A stretch of 64,000 bases of DNA. Source: Bugula neritina. Taxonomy: Eukaryota; Animalia; Bryozoa. The DNA lies in the NCBI GenBank assembly GCA_964035545.1, contig OZ037768.1, positions 21,609,319-21,673,318 on the forward strand, written 5' to 3'. Under the pieces are notes generated by a model that was not told where the DNA came from, made no database searches, and saw nothing but the letters and a program-made list of their open reading frames with translations. Below are positions 27,301 through 39,000 of the stretch, one piece after another. Position numbers and translations under genes: made by a program. Position 1 is the stretch's first letter, and the number at the start of each line of letters is the position of its first letter.

Positions 27301-30300
27301 TAAGCCCAGATTATATGCACTATTATATTGTCAAAGAAAGCTTTATTTAGAAATTTCTAATTATAGTAGAGCCTCACAATAAAAAGCTGTGCAATAGTCT
27401 CAATGGTTTTAAAAGCTATTCTACTTTTATAATCTATTATATGTAATTAAAGCTATAGCTTTTTAGTGCGTTACTATAGGCAAATATTTTCAAACAAATG
27501 GACGCACGAAATATAGATCCTTCCTGTCTTCTGCTTATAACAACATCTCAGTGATGAACAACATTTCTTCCACTACTCTCTTGTGGTCTTATGGAGTATA
27601 ATATCTAATATACACTTGATGCATAATTTCATTTATCTCCTACAATCTATAAACTAGCTATAGCAACCTTCAGCTGCAATACATCTATCAGGTACAAAAC
27701 CTTTAAAGACCTTTGTTGAAAAGGGCGAGCTAAAGATTCCATAGTTGAATGATGCACACAAATATTAGCGATAGGAATCAAATATGTCTGCTGCTTGCTG
27801 CACTCTATTCCCATTTAGGATTATCACACTCAATTTATTTTCTAATGTTTTCTTTATAATCATGGCTTTGGGCATTCTCTTGTTGTAGAGCCGTGAACAG
27901 CAAATTGCATGGCTCAAGGATCAGTTGTCTGAAATCTCAAATAATGAGTGTATCTGTATGCAGGAGATTATTGAGACAGCTATGAACTTGCAGGTAAATA
28001 TTGAGACAGCTATGAACTTGCAGGTAAATATTAAGACAGCTATGAACTTGCAGGTAAATATTGAGACAGATATAAACTTGCAGGTAAATATTGAAACAGC
28101 TATGAACTTGCAGGTAAATATTGAGACAGCTATGAACTTGCAGGTAAATATTGAGGCAGCTATGAACATAATTTTAGAGTCTAACAGCTAGTATAGTATG
28201 CTATTGTGAACTTATTGTTTTTTTCTACAGACTCTCCTGCATTCCCTATATAAAATCTTTTGACAAAGAAGGCTGCCTTTTCACTCATTACAGCTGTTGA
28301 AACTCAAACTAATTTCCCAACATTCGCAGTTAAAAACTTCAGCAAAGTAAAGGCTATTATCATTTGATACCGCTTCAGTCTAAACAATTTTATGGAGATT
28401 TTGAAATTTTATATTTTTCGTAGTATTTGATAAATATGAGCATGTTTTAGAGCACAGTCTGCTTGGGTGAAGAACTCGATGTGGATAAGAACAAGATTGC
28501 ATTGCGAAAAGTGTCTGCCTGTCTGTCTAGCGTCATGGAGGTATAACATTATTCTCTCTAGTACCATGGGAGTACTTATGTAATGTTTATCTCTCAACTA
28601 GCATCAGGGTGACACTTCATTTTTCTTTTAGTAGTATGAGGATAGTGCATTAGTATATATTATGAAGCAGCTGTGGTCTAGGGGTTAGAGCACTGGATTA
28701 GTAAACGCAAAGTCATGGGTTCGAACCCCCAGGGAAGGCATTGGTGATGTTAGAAAGAGCACCCAGTCATAATTGCTTCTGTGCTACTTATAAATAAGTC
28801 TTAGCCCACGTCTTTAAGAAACCCTTTTAATCAGGGAGAGTGGCTATAAAACTGTGCGAGTTTTTATGAGGACACTATCATCCTCCCCTTTAGCACCATA
28901 AGTTTATTATACCCTTCCTTCTAATACTATGAGGAAGCGATATTTTTTCCTTTGGTATCTGGGGGGAGGCTATATCCTTATCAACTACTTTTATGGTGAT
29001 ACTATGATTTCAGTGCATCTAGGAACATTTTATAGCAATAAAACATTATAACAAACGGCTATTATAAACAAGCTAAAGTAGTGTATACCACCCAATATTG
29101 TAGTTTTTGGTAAGTTCAAGTGCTTCCTTTATTTTAATTTCTGTTCCACTAATTGCATGAACTATAAACCAACAAAGGAATATTGTGTTATGGTGCCAGC
29201 TAAAATTGTTTTGGTCTATGTACTTTTGGCACGAAGATTTATGAAGCTGTATTTTTACAAAATAAAAATTTGAAGATATTTTTATTCTTTGACTTTGCTT
29301 TCTTTGCAGAATGCTGATACTTGGAAGTTGAATCAAGGAAAGACAACAAGTCTTAATCTGACAAGCAGTGAGGAGGAAGATAGAAATAAAATTAGAAAAT
29401 ATTATTCTGCAGATGCTGTTAGTCAGGTTTACAACAATTGTACTCCTTTCTACCATAATAGAGTATGGTGTGATACAAGTCAATTAAACAGTCTGGACTC
29501 CTTAATGCTAACATGTCAGAAATCAAATGACAGTTTCACTATCTGCAACTAACCTCAGCATTATTTTGGTTTTCTTTCATTGTACCCCAGTTTTTATGAT
29601 GCTACAGGAAAGTGAAGATGTGAACAGCTTTGACACCAGCACTAACTTACAAGCTGCATTCAGAGATGAAGTATTTCAAGAAAAGTTGAAGGCAAGCAAG
29701 TTCTAAACCTTTAGAATTCTTTTTGTACAATAGTTTTGTTAAAAGCAGCCACACTCTGCTCGCATATTTTATTATTTCTCTTAGACAAAATGAGTTAACT
29801 TAAATAGGATTAGGTTTTTTATTAAAATGTTTACACCTTCGAAAACCAAAAATATAGGTTTGACATCCACAAACTGTATTATATTAGTGGCTGAGCCGTG
29901 GTTCTTATGAAATATATTGCTCACCTTCATTAACAACTAACAGACTGATTGCTAACCATAATCTAATTTCTGGTGTCTATATTCTGTTTGATTTTATTCT
30001 AGGAGGTGCACAGCTGTGGGTTAGATAAGATCATACAGGCTACATCATCAACTAACTTCAGAGAAGCGAAAGAAAGGTTGCAGAAATTTGAGACAGAACT
30101 TCAGAACTTTAATGACAGCTCTGAGTCAGACTTACGGGAACGTTCTAGAAGAATAACGAAGTTAGAAGAGGATTTAAAATCAGCAAATCAAAGTAAAGTT
30201 TGTGCGCATACTTGTGAAATTAGAAACTAAATTCTATGTTCTAAGAATGTAAATAACATAAAAAACCACTATTAGCATTCCAAAGAGCTTTTTGTGAAAT

Positions 30301-30580
30301 TGGCACACTGATTATTTTAGACATACCATCTACTGTTCGCAATGAAAGCTTTAGTATAAGTCAACAAAAAGTCGATGAGCTCAAAAAGGAATTGGGAAGA
30401 GAAAAAACTCAAATGGAAGAGTTACGATGGGACAAAGAGCTTATGACTGACGAGTATAGCAGAGTCCTGCGTGTTGCTAAGGATCTTCGAGATAAGTTCA
30501 AATGTACAGATTGTGGTGATGGTAAAGAACTCTACTGTAAATTTCAGTTTAATCATAGAGAAGAACAAAACATCACATGA
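21301..30580 (+). CDS. Orphan Cys-cluster/coiled-coil protein, paralog A (~435 aa, 10 exons)
   Basis: Exons 21301-21432, 21890-21997, 22431-22529, 26487-26609, 27889-27993, 28451-28540, 29310-29426, 29608-29691 (GC donor), 30003-30192, 30321-30580 join in frame (1308 nt). Exon-by-exon similarity to paralog B (EEKRWEIAQLRA, FGEA, LKDQLS.ISN.EC.CMQEII, NA..WKL). Confidence 0.75.
23049..26258 (-). mobile_element. Degenerate DNA transposon, probably Academ (XPG-nuclease type), in intron 3 of paralog A
   Basis: Perfect 19-bp TIR TAGTCTAGAAGTAACCTCC / GGAGGTTACTTCTAGACTA with imperfect inward extension and a 3-bp TSD ACT. Minus-strand decayed coding remnants: HEEADTQTLLHA (24865-25113), HALTG..SAFYG (~24310-24370), LPPTKDELNLHVKRANYQAAIWRK (23913-24113) and a CSCK...CQCKDC Cys cluster. 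Confidence 0.75.
26710..26965 (+). mobile_element. Two diverged SINE family 2 heads in tandem
   Basis: CCATATAGTGTGATGGTTTGCAC...GCTTGCAAGCC...TCTGAGGTTTGATTCC and CCATATAGTGTAGCCTAATGATAGCAC...TCTGAGGTTCAATTTCC. Confidence 0.5.
27970..28168 (+). repeat. 30-bp tandem repeat x6.6 spanning the exon-5 donor of paralog A
   Basis: Unit ATTGAGACAGCTATGAACTTGCAG|GTAAAT. Confidence 0.95.
28664..28865 (+). mobile_element. tRNA-derived SINE, family 1
   Basis: GCAGCTGTGGTCTAGGGGTTAGAGC...GGGTTCGAACCCCC...CCAGTCATAATTGC...GAGTTTTT. Confidence 0.8.
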
Positions 30581-31829
30581 AATAGACAGTATGGAGACCT
30601 GAAAATATGACTATATGTTTGCAAAATGTCATTTTTATAAGTTTAAAGTTTTAGTGAATGTGTTTGTTTAGTTTGCTGTTCTCCAGAAGTTATTTACTAC
30701 AGAATGTTTCAAGAGTCTGATGGCTACTTGTGGTATACAGTAATCACAAAAGCTAATAAAAATATGTTACTTTTTTATTACTTTCTTTTGGATATAACAA
30801 TTTATTTGATGCGAAAATTCCAATAAAACATAATAAAATTATTTATTAAAATAACTAACAAGGTTTTGCATAGAATGAAAAGGAATAAATGCAGTCATGT
30901 TGTACTGTACTACTACACTGGTTTATGTAGCATTAAAATCCTTGTTTGGCTATTAACTCAAGCTATGCAGCTGTCTATAAATAAGAAAGGCAAGAAAATA
31001 GAGTGCTTTTATTACCACTGCACTACAGGCTAACCCCAGAGAAAGCTAACCATTGTGTTTACTAAACGCTAACCTCGCACTAGATGTGGGGGTAGCGAGA
31101 ATTGATTATGTAGCTAGAGTTTAGCAAAAGTTGTAGCTATAATCCGTTAGCTATATAAGAGATGGAAAAAAGAGCAGCCTTTATCTTGAATGATTAGGAC
31201 TGTAAAATATGTATGTTGCACATTTCTTTTATAAATAAACTTTTTACAAATAAACTAATTAAGCTTTAAACCGAATTATTATTTTAATATAATGTCTGGA
31301 GACTGTATAAACTACCTACGCCCTTGGGTTTTGCACTAAAATGAAAAAATATTCTGTTGACTACTTGTCACTATAAACAAGAAAACTCAATACCATTGTA
31401 TAGCTTTTTTTATGTGGTAACACTATATAACTTGCATTCAAAAACCCAAACAATGTGCAATGCACTCAAAGATAAGCATAGCCGCCAATGACTGATGCAA
31501 ATAAACAAAAGTATATGAAGTAGACAAAAGTATAGCATATGATGCTGAAAAAGTATTGAAAGTTATTGATTTTATATTGATAAGCTTATGGTCTTATGGT
31601 CCATTTGCTAAGCATAAAGTACAAAAGAGTAATTAATTAAAAAGTTGCAGCTTTTCACGCATGAGATCATACTTTGTGACTACCTGTTCTTAAACCTTGA
31701 CATAACAAAAGAAGTATAAACTACCAGGGGTCTTGCATGACTAGTAGCTCTAGCTATTAGTGCAATTTACCACATTGCGTTCAAAGGTTATACCAGAAGT
31801 TTAAAACATGAACTACGAGTTGTTAAAGC

Positions 31830-34800
31830 ATGGCTGGGATTGACAGTGATTCATCGTTTATACCTTTGCATGTCATCTGTAAAAAAGAAGAATGTAGTTT
31901 TTACTTTGATGTGTATTTGTTTAAGATACTGATACAAGACTTCAACTGCAAATGTCCGTACTGTGGGGTATGTAAATATATGTATTTAAACAATTATATG
32001 AATATCTAAATAAGTAATACAACCCGATAACTAAAACTGCATTGTATATATTGCGCTCCATTGCATATGTATTACATTATAATTTTTGTTGCATTGTATT
32101 AAATTGGGTTGCATGCACCATGTTTCTCTATTTTGCATTATATTATATTGTGTTGCGTAGTATTACATGGTATTTCATTGCATAATGTATTACATTGAAT
32201 TCAATTGAATTATATTGCACTACATTGCATCTCATTACATTGCATTATGTCATAATGCATTGCATTGTATTGCATTGCATTATATTGCAATGATTTACAT
32301 TATACAATACCACACTGTCAGTAACATTTCACAAGAAAATAGTGTGATGCCACTTCTTCCCTCTAAATGCTTATAGGAGGACTTGAAAGACGATCTTTCA
32401 GTTGAAACTTTTAAGCAAAGGCTAACTTCAAGTAAGAAAGATTTGGAGAAGTTATTTACCAGACAATGGAAGCAAGTATGTGTTGTATTATCAATTTATA
32501 TTACTAGGTAGGCTTTCGGTGGTAAAGCTGTGAAAAGCTAATGCTTTTGCTTGAGCTGAAAGTATTATCTCTTTACTACTTGTTATGTTGAGTTGAGACT
32601 CCATTGTAGCTCTTAAGGCCTCAAGCGTAATAAGGCTAGCCAGCAGTACAAAGTTTGATTCCTATCTGTGGCAATTATTTCACACTAATCATTACAGTAA
32701 CAAGTTTCATATTTAAGAGTTTGGAATAAATAAGTATGATCCCATTCATAAGTTGTTCCGGTGGCCCCAGCAGTGTAATGGTTAGCACACTTGCTTGCAA
32801 GCCGGAGGTCTTGGGTTCGAATCCCAGTGGGGTAATTATTTTTCATGGACACTAAAGTCTAAATGTATTATTTTTTACTACAGATATGTGAGATAGGCGA
32901 TGGCAATTCAAGGTCATTTGACTCACTCAGTGGATGGTTGGAAAAAAAGAGATGGGAGATTGCACAGCTGAGAGCTATCATTCACATTAATGAGGTAATT
33001 CTTGTTAAACGTAGTAATTACATAAGTAGTAACTGGGTATATAGTAACTGCATAAATGTAACTGCAGAAATAGTGCCTGGGTAAACTGATATTTTCTTTC
33101 ACTTAGCTGTAGTGTTACTTCTGGTGAAATAATCAAGCCCTATTATATTTTTTGTTTTGAATTATAAAAGCAAATCAAGTCCTAAATATATCCCACTAAG
33201 CCGACCATAATATCGTGATGTATAAAATATCAGTTTTATCATAAAATGTTTCAAATGAAAATGAAACCTATAGAGCTTTTATTCTGAGAAAAACTCATAA
33301 CTTTTTAGACTAAAAATAGAGTTTTTCAATTCTGAAAATTCTTTATTTGTTAATTATTGAAACATGGTTTTAGCTATTTATTCCAAAAGCAACATCAAAC
33401 TTTACAGTATTCAAAAAATGAAATAGATTTTTTCTGGTGCAACTGTCTATTACAACATTATTTAAGAAACCCATTGCTTTATTCATGTTTATGTTTTTTT
33501 ATTTTATGTTATACTGATCTAATTTTTATATCTATTCATATTTTAAGCAGCAGTACTGGTCTGAATTATCAAATGAAGCCTGCACACACTCACTGCACGC
33601 ACTCACTGCACACACTCACTGCACACACTCACTGCACACTCACTGCACACACTCACCGCACACACTCACTGCACACACTCACTGCACACAATAACAAATC
33701 AGTCCTCAACTCTTGCATGACATTGGATAAAGAAATTCACTGAAGCTTACCATCTTTTTATTTTACTTACTTTAATCAACCTTTATAATAAACATGCAGT
33801 TTGCTGCATGACTGTGTTATCACAAAACCATCAGCTACATAATAACACTTTTAGTAATTCTTGGAAGCTTTTAATCAACATATTTTGTTATTCAACTGGC
33901 AGACACTGTATTTTTGAGCATCATAACATTGTTATTACTATGTTGTGAAAATGTTTAGTTCATTATTCTTTTTTAGAGAATATTATTTTAGCTGTTAATT
34001 GAATCTGAATGCACGTACAGTTGTCCAACACAATTATTGTGGCAAGCAGTGAAAACAAAATAGAAATTTCTGACAATTTTAGTCAAAGTCAGATGAAGAA
34101 AATGGAGAATTTGGCGAAGCAATAAAAACAATGACAATACATGATGTGAACTTAGAAAAAAGGAGAGCCGACACAATAAACATTCATGAGCAAGTCTTGG
34201 CTTTACCCAATGAGCTTGAGGTAATGCAATCCAGTATGCATTGGTGGCTTAGAAAACAGGGTGCTTTTGCATGTGTCCTCTACACATTACCTACAAAAAA
34301 ATCAATGAAGATTTTGCTTTTCTCTCTGCTGAGTAAAATTTACAGTTGCTTTTACACATAGTGTATCAAAAAGTTTTCAAGTTATTTGTGTACTTGAATG
34401 AATGCTATAGATATACGCAAAGTCATCAACGCTTGTTTATTATTATTTTCACTTTGTTATATATTTATTATGCACTTTGCTGAACCTGTTGATATAAAAA
34501 TCTATACTTTAGAATTTTCTGAAAAAGTAAACATCAACAGAGCGTTGGTTATTAAGTACAAACGTATGTTATGCCACCTCAAGTCATTCATTAAGCAAAG
34601 TGTACACTAATATGTGTAACAAGTGTATAACTGTATATTATTTTTAAATGTTAATCGGTAAACTTAAGTTGCGTTTATACCTCTGCTGAAAAAAGTACCG
34701 AGTTTAGGTTAATAACGCTTTTCCGGGTACCCCTTTATAGTCAAACTTAAACTCGTTGAAATCATATAGATGCAGTGTGGTATATTAAGAGTGTTGCCAT

Positions 34801-35209
34801 TAGCAAATCTTACGGAATCATCTGGGCGCCATTATGCCGAGATTGGTACCGCGAGTTTATATAAGTTATAAGGGAAAAATTTTGCCACTTTTGTTATTTT
34901 ATTTTTTTTCTATTTTATGTGTACATTTTTTTTAATTTTTTTTATTGGTAAAGGTTTTAAACACATTTTTAATGCACATAAAATTAAAAGAAAAATTAAA
35001 ACTCAATCATGCACATAAATACAAAGCTATAAAGTTCAAGCTTCGCTGTGATTTTAATGTGAATATGAATTGAATAATGCTTGCAATAACCATTATACAC
35101 AAAATACGTTACAGTTGCTATAAATGTAAGACTAGTTAATTGGATGCAAATAAGCACGGTAATACTACTTAATTTATGCTATTTTTGAATTTTGTAGTAA
35201 ATATTTGGC

Positions 35210-35262
<53 letters not shown>

Positions 35263-35958
35263 TATATATATATAATATTATTATATATATATAATATATA
35301 ATATTATTATATGTATATATATATATTATATATAATATCATTATATATATATAACGTATATAATTTAATATATAATATAATAATATATTATATATGATAT
35401 TATTATATATATATAATATAATATATAATATAATAATATATTATATATATTATATATGATATTATTATATATATAATATATATATAATATATTATATAAT
35501 ATATTAATGCATAATATATTATTATAATATATATATATCATATATAATATAATACATAATATAATAATATATTATACATGATATTATATATATAATATAT
35601 ATATAATATAATATATAATATAATAATATATAATATATTATTAAAAAATATATATATATTATATATAATATTATTATACTTGTATAATATATATATATAA
35701 TATAATATAATATATAATAATATATAATATATTATTATAATATATATATATTATAAATAATATAATATAATAATATATTTTATATGATATTATATATATA
35801 TAATATATATATAATATAATATATAATATAATAATATATTATATTATTATATTATATAATATATTATTATAATATATATATATTATATATAATATTATTA
35901 TACTTATATAATATATATATAATATAACAATATATAACATAAAAATATATAATATATT

Positions 35959-36040
<82 letters not shown>

Positions 36041-39000
36041 CATGCCGAATATTTACTACAAATTTCAAAAATAGCATAAATTAAATAGTATCACCGTGCC
36101 TATTTGCATCCAATTTACTAGTCTTACATTTATAGCAACTGTAACATATTTTGTGTAAAATGGTTATTGCAAGCATTATTCAATTCATATTCACATTGTA
36201 ATCACAGCGAAGCTTAAACTTTATAGCTTTGTATTTACGTGCATGATTAAGTTTTAATTTTTTTTAAAATTTTATATGTATTGAAAATATGTTTAAAAAC
36301 TTTACCAATAAACAAAACTAAAAAAAATGGACACATAATATAAAAAAAAAAATAAAATCACAAAAGTGGCAAAATTTTTCCTTTATAACTTATATAAACT
36401 TGCGGTACCATTAGCGACATAATGATTTTTCATGGTTTAAAGTCAACACTCTTAATATACCACACTGTATAGATGCGGTTGCTCACTTTCTGAAATTGAA
36501 ATTTGACTCGCATAATAGCTATTTGATGCCCTTTGTAAATGTCGTGAATCAGTGAAGCGGAAAGCATAAAAGCGATAATTGAGAAAGCGTAGGCTATATA
36601 ATTATAATCATACAAGTACGTTGTCTAATCGCCAAAGTAATAACTAAATAACGATGTTTACAAGGAGTTATTACTCCTATTCCAAAATTGGCCGATTAAG
36701 CTATCACAGTACAAAAATTTCAACGAGTGGCTTTTACAATGCAATTCAACTCGGAGAAATTTCAACCCGGCCAAATTGAAATTTTGACCGAAAATCGTGA
36801 AGGTATAAACGCAACTTTACAGTAGACAGTGGAGTAGAGTTTGGGAGTTGTCTGTTATTTATTTCTTTTCGATAGTTTCTTTAGTTTTATATAAGTCCAA
36901 ATTTGGGCATCCCAAAGTTCGGGATATCTGATTCAGAAAGACTATGATGTCCGGATTGGGTTTGACACCCACTTCCATCCAAATTAGAAGTCCGATTCTA
37001 AATTGGGCATCCAATTCAGATGTTTGGACGCCTGAATTCCATTTCGGGCATCAAAATTTCGCCCGAGTTTGGATGCCCAAGTTTGGAATGTTTTGGAATT
37101 TAGAGAGTGTCCAAATTCCAAGGTATATAAAGGCGAGCTGTCCAGGGTAGATTCAGTCTACTACTGGAGCTCGAAGATACTACTACTACTTTCAATACTG
37201 CTGTGATTTTCAAATAGACAATTAAAGTTTCTACAACTGAAACATCGCCTTCTATCTCTCACTGCAAAGAGAATATGTTCAACTAGCTAGGTTCTAACAA
37301 GACTATCAAAACATTAACTAAAAAGCCCAATATGCTTCAACAATTATTCAAGAAATATTTTACAAGGTATTTTTCTTTCAATAATTTTAATGTTTAATTT
37401 GATATAGCTTCTGTTGTTATGATATTTTGTTGTAAAATAGTCATCCCTTTATAGCAATTTCTGACTCATGTGTGTGTGATAATAAAAACATTCCATGAAT
37501 GAAAAACACATATGTTTTGAAAACTATATATATAAATAGATTTATTCAGTTTAATTTCGTTGAAAATAATTATAAACTTGAATAGTTAATAATTCAAATA
37601 TTTAAAACACATTTATAGGTTCTGCTATATGCATATATTCTACAAAATTTAATTGATGGACAGCAAATAGAATTAAGCAGTTAAAAACTTTGTATGCAGT
37701 TAAAATTACTGATCTTCGGAAATTTAGCTTACACTTCTTTTGTTGTAGAGCCGTGAAGAGCAACTTGCTGAGCTCAAGGATCAGTTGTCTAAAATCTCCA
37801 ATGATGAGTGTAACTGTATGCAGGAGATTATTGAAGCAGCTATGAACTTGCAGGTAAATATTGAGACAGCTATGAACTTGCAGGTAAATATTGAGGCAGC
37901 TATGAACTTGCAGGTAAATATTGAGGCAGCTATAAACTTGCAGGTAAATATTGAGACAGCTATGAACTTGCAGGTAAATATTGAGGCAGCTATAAACTTG
38001 CAGGTAAATATTGAGACAGCTATGTACTTAGTAAGCCATGTCCTGAAAGAGCAGTTAACGGTGCTCTCTATACAAAACCGTTTCAAGAAATTGAGTTTCT
38101 TTTAATTTTACCAATGCTAGCCAAGTAATTCTCTCTTGCAATCAGTCAATACAACTACGACTGCTTTACGGATTTGGCTTCCCACGCAACTCAGTCGTTA
38201 GCAGTTGGTTGCAAGAAACACAAGTTGATTGTTTTCCTTTGTTGTAGGCATCTCTCTGTATGGGTAAAGAAGAATTGGAGGAGTTTCATAACATACCAAG
38301 AGCACAAGTACTGCAGACAGTATCCCAACACGTATCTCGTGTTGTTGAGGTAAGAATTGCTATCTTATTGAACTGAAAAACTAATGAGTTAAAACTAGAC
38401 ATTCTTATATTATCTCTTTAAAAGGTGTTTTGAACTGTAGACTCTCTGACTATACTCCGAGTTTTGCCATGACAAGCTAATCCAACAAGTCAAATTAGTT
38501 AATTAGTAATATTGCAATTTGCAATATTAGGAAGCAGCCGTGGTCTAGGGGTTAGAGCGTTTGCTTAGTGAACACGAATTCATGGGTTCGACATGGATTC
38601 GAATCACGACAAAGGCCATTGGTGATGATAGGAAGAGCATCCAGTCATAACTGCTCTTGTGCCTTATCTGAACAAGTCCTTTGCCCAATCTAACAAAAAC
38701 TTTTTCCATCAGGGGTTTCTTACTGCAGAGATGGCGACTATAAACTTGTGTGAATTTTTTTATTGCACTTTGCAATATTCTGTACAGAATGCTAGCCAAT
38801 GGAAGCTACCGAGGTCAAATCCAGAATTTAAACGAGTGTTATTCTCAGAAGTAATTAACAAACAAGCAAAGAGTCAACTTGCAGAAGAGAGAAAAAAGAG
38901 ATTAAAACTAGAAGAAGAAAGGGAAAAACAAAAGGAGGAAAAAGAAATGTTAGAGGTTGTAATTTATTTTTATATTTGACTTTAGCTGGCTGATGTTGAT

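Noticed and set aside
32762-32833. Functional tRNA gene
   Set aside because: The anticodon stem does not pair properly and several degenerate copies are dispersed; better explained as a SINE head. tRNAscan-SE would settle it.
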